Origin: Pseudoramibacter sp.
Lineage (GTDB): Bacteria > Bacillota > Clostridia > Eubacteriales > Eubacteriaceae
Direction of reading: 5' to 3'
DNA length: 64,000 bases
Assembly (NCBI RefSeq): GCF_022484225.1
Contig: NZ_JAKVLT010000001.1
Location: 1,663,406 to 1,727,405, forward strand
Below the pieces are notes generated by a model, which was not told the origin of the DNA, ran no database searches, and worked only from the letters and a program-made list of their open reading frames with translations. A program made the position numbers and the translations under genes. Positions 36,959 through 46,797 of the stretch are shown in pieces; within the stretch, counting starts at the first letter, position 1; each line of letters begins with the position of its first letter.

Positions 36959-38284
36959 TTATTGTTTTTTTAACTTTTCCAAACGATGTTTTATTTTTTC
37001 CTCAAAGCCATTCTCTGTTGGAAGGTAAAACGATTTTCCACAAAGATCTTCGGGCAAATACTGTTGTGCAACATAATGATTCGGATAATCGTGTGGGAAT
37101 TTATATACCGCACCGTTATTGAGCTCTTGTGATCCCTTATAATGGCTATCTCTCAAATGAAGCGGCACCTGACCGTCTGATTCATATCGAACGGCATGAT
37201 GAGCTTTTTGAATGGCAACATTTGAAGCGTTTGATTTTGGAGCAGAAGCCAAAAAAGTTGCCGCCTGTGATAAATTAATCTGTGCTTCAGGAAGACCGAC
37301 ACGGTCTAAAGCTTGTGCCGCTGATACTGCTACAACGAGAGCTAATGGTTCTGCATTTCCAATGTCTTCTGACGCTGAAATAATCATACGGCGCGCTATA
37401 AATTTAGGATCTTCCCCTGAATCAAGCATTTTTGCCATCCAAAAAACCGCTGCATCAGGATCTGATCCCCGAATGCTTTTAATAAACGCAGATATTGTAT
37501 CATAATGCGCATTACCGTTTTTATCATAATTTAATGCCTTTTTTTGGATGCATTCCTGAGCTGTGTTAATATCGATATGTATTTTCCCGTCCGTTCCCTT
37601 ATCAGTGCTTAACACTGCTAATTCCAAAGCATTAAGCGCCTTGCGGACATCTCCATTAGACATTTCGGCAAAATGATCTTTTGCTTCTTCTGTGATCTCT
37701 ACATGCATCATTCCCAATCCCTTATCTTGATCCACGATAGCATGTTCGATCACTTTTTTTATATCTGCTTTTTCAAGAGGAAGGAATTTAAAAATCGTCG
37801 ATCTTGATATTAGTGCTGAGTTAATCTCAAAATATGGATTTTCAGTTGTTGTTCCAATTAATATGATCTCACCCTTTTCAACACTGGGAAGCAGAGCATC
37901 CTGTTGAGATTTATTAAAACGATGTATTTCATCAATAAATAATATGGTTTTGCGATTGTATAACACAATGTTTTGCTGAGCCTGTTGAATGGCTTTTTCA
38001 ATTTCTTTTTTTCCTGAAGTAACAGCATTTAATATTCGGAAATCAGCTTTTGTTTGATTCGCAATGATATTCGCTAATGTCGTTTTTCCTGTTCCTGGAG
38101 GGCCATAAAAAATAGCTGAAGTTAAGTGATCCGTTTGAATAAGCCGGCTTAACAGTTTTCCCTTGCCGACTACTTGCGGCTGCCCATAAAATTCTTCAAG
38201 AGTTGTCGGACGCATTCGTGCAGCTAATGGTTCATTCTGCTTTATATTTTGCTTATAGGACAAGTCAAAAATACTCGCTTGCAT
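36959..38284 (-). CDS. rarA: replication-associated recombination protein A (AAA+ ATPase RarA/MgsA)
   Basis: 441 aa. LAARMRPTTLEEFYGQ...GPPGTGKTTLA...FIDEIHRFNK...MgsA C-terminal domain (HYDTISAFIKSIRGSDPDAA). Confidence 0.9.
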   Translation of the reverse strand: MQASIFDLSYKQNIKQNEPLAARMRPTTLEEFYGQPQVVGKGKLLSRLIQTDHLTSAIFYGPPGTGKTTLANIIANQTKADFRILNAVTSGKKEIEKAIQQAQQNIVLYNRKTILFIDEIHRFNKSQQDALLPSVEKGEIILIGTTTENPYFEINSALISRSTIFKFLPLEKADIKKVIEHAIVDQDKGLGMMHVEITEEAKDHFAEMSNGDVRKALNALELAVLSTDKGTDGKIHIDINTAQECIQKKALNYDKNGNAHYDTISAFIKSIRGSDPDAAVFWMAKMLDSGEDPKFIARRMIISASEDIGNAEPLALVVAVSAAQALDRVGLPEAQINLSQAATFLASAPKSNASNVAIQKAHHAVRYESDGQVPLHLRDSHYKGSQELNNGAVYKFPHDYPNHYVAQQYLPEDLCGKSFYLPTENGFEEKIKHRLEKLKKQ

Positions 38285-38310
38285 TGTGGCCTCGAATATC
38301 TCCTTTCATA

Positions 38311-38340
38311 TAAAAAAAATCCGGAAATAAATCCGGAATC
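38311..38340 (-). terminator. rho-independent terminator after secG
   Basis: Minus strand: TCCGGA-tttatt-TCCGGA followed by TTTTTTTT. Confidence 0.6.
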
Positions 38341-38349
38341 TTTTTAATA

Positions 38350-38595
38350 TTATGCAGCAATAACAGCGTAAATAAAAGCTGACAGCATGAAGACGATTGC
38401 TGAAATAATTGTTACCTTTTCAAGAAAAGCATCAAAGCCCCGCGCCTTGTGTTTTCCAAAAAGCGTTTCCGCACCACCTTCAATTGCGCCAAGCCCCTGC
38501 GTTTTAACGGGTGACATCAACACACTGATGATCACTGCAAAACTTGAAATAATCATCAACGCAACCAATAAAGTATCCAATACTGTAACCTCCAA
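38350..38595 (-). CDS. secG: preprotein translocase subunit SecG
   Basis: 81 aa with two TMs and the conserved glycine-rich loop (GLGAIEGGAETLFG). Confidence 0.8.
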   Translation of the reverse strand: MEVTVLDTLLVALMIISSFAVIISVLMSPVKTQGLGAIEGGAETLFGKHKARGFDAFLEKVTIISAIVFMLSAFIYAVIAA

Positions 38596-38655
38596 CTTTT
38601 TATTTTTTTATTGTATCATAAGAGGCGTAAATTGCAAGCTGAGATATGTCCAAAA

Positions 38656-38690
38656 TAAAAGGGCCGTACTTTTTAGTACGGTCCCTTTTG
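38656..38690. terminator. rho-independent terminator after tpiA (bidirectional shape)
   Basis: AAAAGGGCCGTACT-tttt-AGTACGGTCCCTTTT. Confidence 0.8.
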
Positions 38691-38700
38691 CTTTGGCTTA

Positions 38701-39444
38701 TTATTCAAAATTAACAATCTTTGCGAAATCAGCTGTTAAACTTGCACCGCCAACTAATGCGCCATCAATATTTTCCATGCTCATTAATGACTGAACATTA
38801 TTCGGTTTTACTGATCCGCCGTACTGAATACGTGTTGCTTCTGCAGCTGTTTCGCCAAACATTTTACTGATTGCTTCGCGAATCCATTTACACACTTCAT
38901 CTGCCTGTTCTTTGCTGGCTGTCTTACCTGTTCCAATAGCCCAGATCGGTTCATAAGCAACGATGACTTTCGTGACATCTTCAACACCGGCCAAATCCTT
39001 TTCAATTTGACCAACAACCTTTGCCTGAGCTTTGCCCGCTTCGCGTTCTTCTAAGGTTTCTCCGCAGCAGACAATAGGTGTTAAACCTAATTTTAATGCT
39101 TTAAGAACTTTTTTATTGACGCTATCATCTGTTTCAGCAAAATATTGTCTTCTTTCACTGTGTCCAATAATAACATAGCGAACGCCAAGATCTTTTAACA
39201 TTTCGCCTGAAACTTCACCGGTATAAGCCCCTTTTTCTTCGTAAAACATGTTTTGAGCGCCAATACCGATATTCGTTCCTTTTGTTAATTCAACAGCTTT
39301 TGGCAGATCAATAAAAGGCGGCGCAAAAACAACTTCTGCTTTTGCATCTTTAACCAGTGGAATTAATGTCTTAATCAATTCTTCGGTTTCTGCCACATTT
39401 TTGTTCATTTTCCAGTTTCCTGCAATAACAGGTCTTCTTGCCAT
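38701..39444 (-). CDS. tpiA: triose-phosphate isomerase
   Basis: AGNWKMN...IIGHSERR...AYEPIWAIGTG...YGGS. Confidence 0.95.
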   Translation of the reverse strand: MARRPVIAGNWKMNKNVAETEELIKTLIPLVKDAKAEVVFAPPFIDLPKAVELTKGTNIGIGAQNMFYEEKGAYTGEVSGEMLKDLGVRYVIIGHSERRQYFAETDDSVNKKVLKALKLGLTPIVCCGETLEEREAGKAQAKVVGQIEKDLAGVEDVTKVIVAYEPIWAIGTGKTASKEQADEVCKWIREAISKMFGETAAEATRIQYGGSVKPNNVQSLMSMENIDGALVGGASLTADFAKIVNFE

Positions 39445-39462
39445 AATAATACACCTCTCTAT

Positions 39463-40650
39463 TTATTTATCTTCTAAAACAGCAATGCCGGGTAAAACTT
39501 TCCCTTCCATAAATTCCAGAGAAGCACCGCCGCCTGTTGAAATATGGCTGATTTTATCGGCAAAGCCCATTTGTTTAACAGCCGCAGCAGAATCTCCTCC
39601 CCCAATAATTGTGGTTGCTTCTGATTCTGCCATTGCTTTGGCTACTGCCTTGGTACCTTCTGCAAACGTTGGAAATTCAAATACCCCCATTGGGCCGTTC
39701 CAGATAACAGTTTTTGCGTTTTTAATAACATCAGCGTAAAGTTCGCGTGTTTTTGGTCCGATGTCCATTCCCATTTGATCACTTGGCATCGCGTTAGATG
39801 CAACGACTGTCGGAGTTGCATCAGCTGCAAATTCTGGCGCTACAACATTATCAAGCGGAAGATACAGTTTAACGCCTTTTTCTCCTGCCTGTTTTAATAA
39901 TCCTGCAGCAAGATCTACTTTGTCTTCTTCTAAAAGAGAAGTCCCGATTTCATATCCTTGGGCTTTGTAAAAAGTATAGGCCATACCGCCGCCGATAATC
40001 AAAGAATCAACCTTGTCAAGCAAATTTGTAATAACGCCAATTTTGTCTGAAACCTTGGCTCCTCCTAAAATTGCTACGAAAGGATGTTCTGGATTGTCTA
40101 ATGCGCCTCCGATAAATTTTAATTCTTTTTGAATCAAGAAACCGGAAACAGCTGGCAAATATTTCGCAATACCTTCTGTTGAAGCATGAGCACGATGGCA
40201 GGAACCAAAAGCATCATCTACATAAACATCTGCAAGACTTGCTAAATCTTTTGCAAAGGCCGGATCGTTTTTCTTTTCTTCAGGACGAAATCTCGTATTT
40301 TGAAGTAATAATACTTCTCCTGGCTTTAATGCTGCAGCCGCTTTTTTTGTGACATCTCCAACAACTTCACCATCATCATTAAAAATAACAGAAAGTCCTA
40401 ATTTTTCTGACAAAGCTTTTGCAACTGGAGCCAAAGAATATTTAGCTTCCGGTTTATTTGCCGGTCTTCCCAAGTGGCTCATTAAAATTAATGCAGCACC
40501 TTGTTCGAGAATGTATTTGATGGTCGGCAGGGCTGCTTCAATTCTAGTGTCATCTGTGATTTCACCAGCTTCATTTAAAGGCACATTAAAATCTGCCCGC
40601 ATAATCACTTTTTTATCTTTTAATTCAATATCTTTTACAGTTTTTTTCAT
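39463..40650 (-). CDS. pgk: phosphoglycerate kinase
   Basis: RADFNVP...LMSHLGRP...GGGMAYTF...STGGGA. Confidence 0.95.
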   Translation of the reverse strand: MKKTVKDIELKDKKVIMRADFNVPLNEAGEITDDTRIEAALPTIKYILEQGAALILMSHLGRPANKPEAKYSLAPVAKALSEKLGLSVIFNDDGEVVGDVTKKAAAALKPGEVLLLQNTRFRPEEKKNDPAFAKDLASLADVYVDDAFGSCHRAHASTEGIAKYLPAVSGFLIQKELKFIGGALDNPEHPFVAILGGAKVSDKIGVITNLLDKVDSLIIGGGMAYTFYKAQGYEIGTSLLEEDKVDLAAGLLKQAGEKGVKLYLPLDNVVAPEFAADATPTVVASNAMPSDQMGMDIGPKTRELYADVIKNAKTVIWNGPMGVFEFPTFAEGTKAVAKAMAESEATTIIGGGDSAAAVKQMGFADKISHISTGGGASLEFMEGKVLPGIAVLEDK

Positions 40651-40663
40651 TTTTTATCCTCTG

Positions 40664-40699
40664 TGAAAAAATAGGGGGCCGCAAAAAAACGGCCCCTCA
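40664..40699 (-). terminator. intra-operon hairpin / partial terminator between gap and pgk
   Basis: Minus strand: GAGGGGCCG-ttttttt-GCGGCCCCC followed by TATTTTTT. Confidence 0.55.
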
Positions 40700-40743
40700 T
40701 ACCACTAACACCGTTTAGCGTGTTCTATATCTAAATCTAGCTG

Positions 40744-41757
40744 TTAGTTTAATTCTGCAAAATATTTAATGGTTCTGACCATCTGGCTTGTGTATGAATT
40801 TTCATTATCATACCAAGAAACCACCTGAACTTCTGTCGTCCCATTATCTAACGGCAGTACCATTGTCTGAGTGGCATCAAATAATGAACCATAACGCATA
40901 CCGACAATATCAGAAGAAACAATTTCATCTGTATTATAGCCGAAGGATTCATTAGAAGCTGCTTTCATCGCTGCATTAACCTGTTCAACCGTAACATTGC
41001 CCTTCACGACAGCTGTCAAAATGGTTGTAGATCCGTCTGGAGTCGGGACACGCTGTGCAGCGCCGATTAATTTGCCGTTTAATTCCGGAATAACCAGGCC
41101 AATTGCTTTTGCTGCGCCAGATGAAGTCGGCACGATATTAGCCGCAGCTGCACGTGATCTTCTCAGGTTGCCCTTTCTCTGTGGGCCGTCAAGTGTCATC
41201 TGATCGCCAGTATATGCGTGAATTGTACACATAATTCCAGATTGAATTTCTGCGAGATCGTTCAATGCTTTAGCCATTGGTGCTAAGCAGTTTGTTGTGC
41301 AAGATGCTGCAGAGATAATCTTATCGTCAGGTGTTAATGTCTTATGGTTGACATTGTAAACAATTGTCGGTAAATCTTTACCTGCAGGTGCAGAAATAAC
41401 AACTTTCTTTGCGCCAGCTTTTAAGTGAGCACTTGCCTTTTCTTTAGAAGTAAAGAAGCCTGTGCATTCCAGAACAACATCAACATCTAAATCTCCCCAA
41501 GGCAATTCGGAAGGATCTGGTTTAGAATAAATTTCAATTTCTGTGCCGTTAACAACGATAGAATGTTCTTTAGCTTCAACACTATCTGCATATTTATAAT
41601 TGCCATGTGCTGTGTCATATTTCAGCAAATAAGCCAGCATTTTAGGGCTGGTCAAATCGTTGATTGCAACAACTTCATAGCCTTCGGCATCAAACATTTG
41701 TCTAAATGCAAGACGACCGATTCTACCAAAACCATTAATAGCAACTTTTACAGACAT
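40744..41757 (-). CDS. gap: type I glyceraldehyde-3-phosphate dehydrogenase
   Basis: INGFGRIGR...SCTTNCLAP...WYDNE. Confidence 0.95.
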   Translation of the reverse strand: MSVKVAINGFGRIGRLAFRQMFDAEGYEVVAINDLTSPKMLAYLLKYDTAHGNYKYADSVEAKEHSIVVNGTEIEIYSKPDPSELPWGDLDVDVVLECTGFFTSKEKASAHLKAGAKKVVISAPAGKDLPTIVYNVNHKTLTPDDKIISAASCTTNCLAPMAKALNDLAEIQSGIMCTIHAYTGDQMTLDGPQRKGNLRRSRAAAANIVPTSSGAAKAIGLVIPELNGKLIGAAQRVPTPDGSTTILTAVVKGNVTVEQVNAAMKAASNESFGYNTDEIVSSDIVGMRYGSLFDATQTMVLPLDNGTTEVQVVSWYDNENSYTSQMVRTIKYFAELN

Positions 41758-41782
41758 AATTGCCTCCTTAAAAATAATAAAC

Positions 41783-42832
41783 TCATTTATTTAACTGACG
41801 GACGATTTTCTTTGCAGCAGATTCATCCGTAATTAACGTAACTCCTGATTGAAGTCTGCAAACACCGATAATGGCATCTGCTTTTTCTTCTCCACCTGCG
41901 ATTGCAATTTTTTCTGGAATATTTTTATAATCATCAATATCAACGCCAATAGTGCTTGAAGGCTTGACAATACGGCCATTATAGTCAAAATAATACCCAA
42001 ATGCTTCGCCCACTGCACCGGCTTCAATTAACGCCTGACGTTCTTCTAAAGAAACATTTCGCCATTCAGACAGCACATCAGCTCTGCCTACACCGAAAAT
42101 AAAAACATCAATATGTTCCATTTTATCAAAAACACGTTTAATTTCCGGATAATCTTTTAATGCATCTAGCAAATGTACATCAATATTGTCTGGCAAATGA
42201 AGCAATTCGTATTTAGCATGTAATTTTAATGCCATCTCTGCAACAACATTATTCGCTTGTGTGGCATGACTTTTCCCTATTCCACCTCTTGCTGGTATGA
42301 TGTAAAGATCAGGATATAGGGCATCTTTCATCTGGTCTGCAACAGCAGCTGTACTCACACCTCCAGTCAAGGCTAGGACGTCCTGATATTTAAGAACCGT
42401 CATTAAATAATCCGCTGCTGACTTTCCCATGAAATTAATCACTTGATAATTCTTGTCAACATTTCCCGGGCATACAATAGCTTTATTGAGATTAAGCAGT
42501 TTGCATAATGTACTTTCCAATTGTTCAATGCCATTGTATGTATATAGCATTGACTTCATGTCTTCAATAATGCTGTCGCCTAATTCTGTTAGAATGACAC
42601 CTTGTCGCTCTACATCTATCAGTTTTTGTTCTTGAAGAAACTCAATTTCGTTGCGAATCTGTCTTTCACTCATATCCAAAGTGAAAGCAAGATTCCTTCT
42701 GCCAACAGGGCCTTCGCTTTTAATAGTAGATAAAATATCATACCGAAGCTCAATTAATGCGCTGATTTCTGGCACAACAAGTCGTTGTAGATCAACTAGC
42801 TTTCTGCTGATTTCCAAATGATTATCGGCCAT
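41783..42832 (-). CDS. cggR: SorC-family central glycolytic genes regulator
   Basis: 349 aa with an N-terminal wHTH and a SorC sugar-binding domain. It lies immediately upstream of gap-pgk-tpiA, as in Bacillus cggR. Confidence 0.8.
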   Translation of the reverse strand: MADNHLEISRKLVDLQRLVVPEISALIELRYDILSTIKSEGPVGRRNLAFTLDMSERQIRNEIEFLQEQKLIDVERQGVILTELGDSIIEDMKSMLYTYNGIEQLESTLCKLLNLNKAIVCPGNVDKNYQVINFMGKSAADYLMTVLKYQDVLALTGGVSTAAVADQMKDALYPDLYIIPARGGIGKSHATQANNVVAEMALKLHAKYELLHLPDNIDVHLLDALKDYPEIKRVFDKMEHIDVFIFGVGRADVLSEWRNVSLEERQALIEAGAVGEAFGYYFDYNGRIVKPSSTIGVDIDDYKNIPEKIAIAGGEEKADAIIGVCRLQSGVTLITDESAAKKIVRQLNK

Positions 42833-42911
42833 TCTAATTTTCCTGTATCTCCTATGTCGATTATCAATAAGTGATCAAGATGGTTGATTGTGTTCCCACC
42901 TTTCAAGAGAT

Positions 42912-42940
42912 ATTATAAATAATTTTTGCTTTAATTTCAA
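42912..42940 (-). promoter_or_regulatory. promoter of the cggR-gap operon
   Basis: Minus strand reads TTGAAA, a 17 nt spacer, then TATAAT. Phased A-tracts lie just upstream. Confidence 0.6.
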
Positions 42941-43071
42941 GAACTTTTATATAATAAATATAATTTTTTGATCATTTTTTGAATTTTTTGATCTTTATTT
43001 TATTATTTACACTGATTTTACTTTTATGTTTATGTCTGTAAATATTAATTAATACTAGTCGTTGATTTTAA

Positions 43072-43100
43072 TGGGACATTTTTGTCCCGCATTTGTCCTG
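43072..43100. promoter_or_regulatory. CggR-operator-like palindrome GGGACA-TTTT-TGTCCC (plus a partial extra TGTCC)
   Basis: TGGGACATTTTTGTCCCGCATTTGTCCTG. It resembles the B. subtilis CggR half-site GGGACATATAATGTCC. It lies between the divergent cggR and ACT-gene promoters. Confidence 0.4.
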
Positions 43101-43122
43101 TTTATCAAACGTTAATCCATAC

Positions 43123-43151
43123 TTGTATTCTAATCATCCATTGAATATAAT
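43123..43151 (+). promoter_or_regulatory. promoter of the ACT/UPF0210 operon
   Basis: TTGTAT, a 17 nt spacer, then TATAAT. Confidence 0.55.
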
Positions 43152-43185
43152 GTAGATATTATATCTACGTAAAAGGGAGTTTAAT

Positions 43186-43455
43186 ATGAGAGCTGTTGTA
43201 ACTGTTATTGGCAAAGATAAAATTGGTGTGATCTACCGCGTTTCCGAAATATTGTCACAATCAAAAGTAAATATTGAAGATATTAGTCAAACCATTTTAC
43301 AAGATGTGTTTACGATGGTCATGCTGGTGGATCTCTCAAAATCTAATTGTCAGTTTTCTGAACTGAAGGACCGTTTAAGCACTTTAGGAAAAGAAATTGG
43401 CATGACCATACGGATCCAGAACGAAGACATTTTTAACGCAATGCATACAATTTAA
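43186..43455 (+). CDS. ACT-domain protein (UPF0237 family)
   Basis: 89 aa. MRAVVTVIGKDKIGVIYRVSEILSQSKVNIEDISQTIL is the typical ACT fold opening. It shows the conserved pairing with the downstream UPF0210 gene. Confidence 0.8.
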   Translation: MRAVVTVIGKDKIGVIYRVSEILSQSKVNIEDISQTILQDVFTMVMLVDLSKSNCQFSELKDRLSTLGKEIGMTIRIQNEDIFNAMHTI

Positions 43456-43467
43456 AAAGGAGATATT

Positions 43468-44826
43468 ATGGCATTATTCAAAGATATTATGGAAACCGTT
43501 CGAATGATCGATAAAGAAAACCTCGATATTCGAACGACAACAATGGGCATTTCCTTATTAGACTGTATCGATCGCGATCCGCATAAATGTCAAACACGCA
43601 TTTATGATAAAATTACGCATTCTGCTGAACATTTAGTTGAAGAAGCCGATAAAATTGCGGCTGAAATTGGCATTCCAATTGTGAATAAACGTATTTCAGT
43701 TACGCCAATGGCACTAATTGCCGGTGCTACAGACTTAAATAATTATGCTTCTTTTGCTAAAACCCTGGATCGCGCTGCAGCCGAAGTGGGTGTAAATTAT
43801 ATTGGCGGTTTCTCCGCTCTCGTCCCTAAGGGAGCAACAAAAGGCGACAATATACTAATCCAGTCTATTCCAGAAGCGTTAGCAACAACAGAACACGTCT
43901 GCGCTTCCGTCAATATCGGTTCAACAAAGGCCGGTATTAATATGGATTGCGTAAAGCAAATGGGTCATATCGTCAAGCAATGTGCTGAACTAACTAAGGA
44001 TAATGAATCAATTGGCGCTTCAAAACTTGTGATCTTTTGTAACGCCGTTGAAGATAATCCTTTTATGGCCGGGGCTTTTCACGGTGTTGGACAGCCAGAT
44101 AAAGTACTGCACGTTGGGGTCAGTGGGCCTGGTGTTGTGAAAGTTGCCCTTGAAAAACATCAAGACGCAACAATGGACGAGTTAGCAGAAATCATTAAAA
44201 AAACTGCTTTTAAAATTACACGAGCCGGTCAATTTGTAGGAACAACAGTCGCTCAGCGATTAAATATTCCATTTGGAATTCTGGATCTTTCGCTGGCTCC
44301 TACTCCAGCAATCGGAGATTCTGTAGCAAGAATAATTGAAGAAATGGGGATTCAACACTGCGGCGGACCAGGTACAACTGCAGCATTAGCTATGCTCAAT
44401 GACGCCGTAAAAAAAGGCGGAATCATGGCTTCAACTTCAGTAGGCGGACTTTCTGGTGCTTTTATCCCGGTTTCAGAAGATGAAGGCATGATAAGTGCTG
44501 CTCGAAACGGCCACATTACAATAGAAAAACTAGAAGCAATGACTTGCGTCTGTTCTGTTGGTCTCGACATGATTGCTATTCCTGGGGATACACCAGATGA
44601 TACTATTTCAGCAATAATTGCTGACGAAGCGGCAATTGGCATGGTGAATAACAAAACCACCGCATGCCGCCTCATCCCTGCAATTGGAAAATCTGTTGGT
44701 GATGAAGTAACTTACGGAGGCTTATTCGGTTCGGCGCCTGTCATGCCGGTCAACTTGTCAGATGCTTCTGTTTTCATTAACCGCGGCGGAAAGATTCCAG
44801 CACCAATTCATTCATTTAAGAATTAA
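43468..44826 (+). CDS. UPF0210/DUF711 (PFL-like) protein
   Basis: 452 aa. [27 protein letters not shown]...GGFSALV...GVSGPGVV... matches my recollection of the UPF0210 family. Confidence 0.75.
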   Translation: MALFKDIMETVRMIDKENLDIRTTTMGISLLDCIDRDPHKCQTRIYDKITHSAEHLVEEADKIAAEIGIPIVNKRISVTPMALIAGATDLNNYASFAKTLDRAAAEVGVNYIGGFSALVPKGATKGDNILIQSIPEALATTEHVCASVNIGSTKAGINMDCVKQMGHIVKQCAELTKDNESIGASKLVIFCNAVEDNPFMAGAFHGVGQPDKVLHVGVSGPGVVKVALEKHQDATMDELAEIIKKTAFKITRAGQFVGTTVAQRLNIPFGILDLSLAPTPAIGDSVARIIEEMGIQHCGGPGTTAALAMLNDAVKKGGIMASTSVGGLSGAFIPVSEDEGMISAARNGHITIEKLEAMTCVCSVGLDMIAIPGDTPDDTISAIIADEAAIGMVNNKTTACRLIPAIGKSVGDEVTYGGLFGSAPVMPVNLSDASVFINRGGKIPAPIHSFKN

Positions 44827-44854
44827 TTGATTTGCTGTGCGAAAGTAGAAAAAT

Positions 44855-45697
44855 ATGGAAAAAATAGAAAACACGCAGTTAAACAATACTTCCTATATCG
44901 CATCACAAGACCTATTAGATGTCGTTAATATCGCCATCACCCTTGAAAAGCCATTACTCATCAAGGGTGAACCTGGAACTGGCAAAACGATGCTGGCACA
45001 CGCCATTGCAAAATCCATGAACAAACCTCTTCTTATCTGGAATATTAAATCAACAACAAAGGCACAAGATGGATTGTACACTTACGATGTTGTGCAGCGT
45101 CTTTATGACAGTCAATTCGGAGAAAATGTTGACGATATTCGCAAATACATTCATTACGGAAAAATGGGTGAAGCTTTTATGTCAGATGAACAAGTGGTTT
45201 TATTAATAGACGAAATTGATAAAGCTGATTTAGAATTTCCTAATGACCTGCTTTGGGAAATGGATCAAATGGAATTTTACGTCAAAGAAACGCATGAAAC
45301 CATTCGCGCACATCATCGCCCGATTGTCATTATCACCTCAAACGCTGAGAAAGAACTCCCAGATGCATTCCTGCGGCGCTGTATTTTTCATTATATTCAA
45401 TTTCCTGATGCCAGTCAGATGAAAAAAATTATTAATGCCCATTTTGACCATATCGACGAAGATCTCGTTAATCAAGCCATGGAGACGTTCTATCGCATTC
45501 GGGAAGTTAAAAATATTTCAAAGCGGCCGAGTACGTCCGAACTCATCGACTGGCTGCGGGCACTCATTGCCGGTGGCATTGATCCTGACACAATCCATAA
45601 AGCACTTCCATACAGCGGTGTTCTTCTTAAAAAAGATCAGGACATCCATCTAGTGGAAAAAGAATTCCATCCTAATATTCGCCGCCATGTTCATTGA
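44855..45697 (+). CDS. MoxR-like AAA+ ATPase (AAA_5; CbbQ/NorQ-like)
   Basis: 280 aa with Walker A GEPGTGKT, Walker B LLIDEIDK and sensor/arginine SNAEKELPDAFLRRC. Confidence 0.8.
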   Translation: MEKIENTQLNNTSYIASQDLLDVVNIAITLEKPLLIKGEPGTGKTMLAHAIAKSMNKPLLIWNIKSTTKAQDGLYTYDVVQRLYDSQFGENVDDIRKYIHYGKMGEAFMSDEQVVLLIDEIDKADLEFPNDLLWEMDQMEFYVKETHETIRAHHRPIVIITSNAEKELPDAFLRRCIFHYIQFPDASQMKKIINAHFDHIDEDLVNQAMETFYRIREVKNISKRPSTSELIDWLRALIAGGIDPDTIHKALPYSGVLLKKDQDIHLVEKEFHPNIRRHVH

Positions 45698-46790
45698 TTT
45701 TTTCTTTTTCCTGCGTGATCATGGAATCCACGTTTCAATCGGAGAATGGCTTGTTTTACTGGAAGGAATGAAAAAGGGCCTACATCGCAACACGCTTCAT
45801 GGCTTTTATATCTTATGCCGTTCAATTGCAGTAAGAAATGAAAGTGAATACGACCTTTTTGACGTTGCTTTTGATGAGTATTTTCATGATTTACCGCCTC
45901 AATCGGTATTGCCAAAAGAGCTGCAGCAACTCAACCAAATTGACAGCATTGAAATAGAAAAAGAACTAAGAGATCAAAACAATATGATGGAGATCGACAA
46001 CCGTGCCAATGAAGATACAAACATCAGTTCTGCCGGACTTCAAATGCCGGGAGGTGCTTCAACCGGCGGTCGGTCATCTATTCGAGGAAAACGAAAATTT
46101 AGAGATTTCCGTAAAGATAATCATTTAGACACGCGTCAATTTCAAATGGCTTTTCGTCTTTTAAGAAATCTCTCTACTCAAAACGATACCTCTGAATTGG
46201 AATTTGATATCGATCAAACCATAAAAAGCACCTGCGATATGGGCGGCATGTTAAAAGTTGAGTACCGAAAACCCAGACGCAACAATATTCGCGTCCTGCT
46301 GTTTATTGACAACGGCGGTTCGATGAGCGGCTATGCAAGATTATGCTCTGAACTTTTTCAAGCCGCAACAGCATCCCGTCATTTAAAAGAGCTGCAGACC
46401 TTTTATTTTCACAATTGCATCTACTCTGCTGTTGATAAAGAACCTACACTTTCAATGAAAAAGGGCGTATCTCTCGATCAGCTCATTGCACAGTGCAATG
46501 AAAAATACCGAGTCATTATTGTCGGAGACGCTGAAATGCATCCTTATGAGCTTTCCGGCAGTGAGTACGATTGGGTTGCAGATAAAGCCGGAGAACCAGG
46601 CATCACGTGTTTAAAAAAAATCAAGCTGCACTTTCCTCATACAATATGGCTTAACCCCACACCAATGCCTACCATACACGATGCTTGGACTGACACACAT
46701 TTTGAAATTGCAGACATCATTGATATGTATGATCTGACTTTACAGGGTCTTGAAGACGGCTTTAAATTTTTACTTTCTGGCCGCAAATAA
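45687..46790 (+). CDS. VWA-domain protein (CoxE-like partner of the MoxR ATPase)
   Basis: 367 aa. It overlaps the ATPase stop by 11 nt. The C-terminal VWA has LLFIDNGGSMSG (MIDAS-like DxGxS), and the N-terminal region is CoxE-like. Confidence 0.7.
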   Translation: MFIDFFFFLRDHGIHVSIGEWLVLLEGMKKGLHRNTLHGFYILCRSIAVRNESEYDLFDVAFDEYFHDLPPQSVLPKELQQLNQIDSIEIEKELRDQNNMMEIDNRANEDTNISSAGLQMPGGASTGGRSSIRGKRKFRDFRKDNHLDTRQFQMAFRLLRNLSTQNDTSELEFDIDQTIKSTCDMGGMLKVEYRKPRRNNIRVLLFIDNGGSMSGYARLCSELFQAATASRHLKELQTFYFHNCIYSAVDKEPTLSMKKGVSLDQLIAQCNEKYRVIIVGDAEMHPYELSGSEYDWVADKAGEPGITCLKKIKLHFPHTIWLNPTPMPTIHDAWTDTHFEIADIIDMYDLTLQGLEDGFKFLLSGRK

Positions 46791-46797
46791 TTATGAT

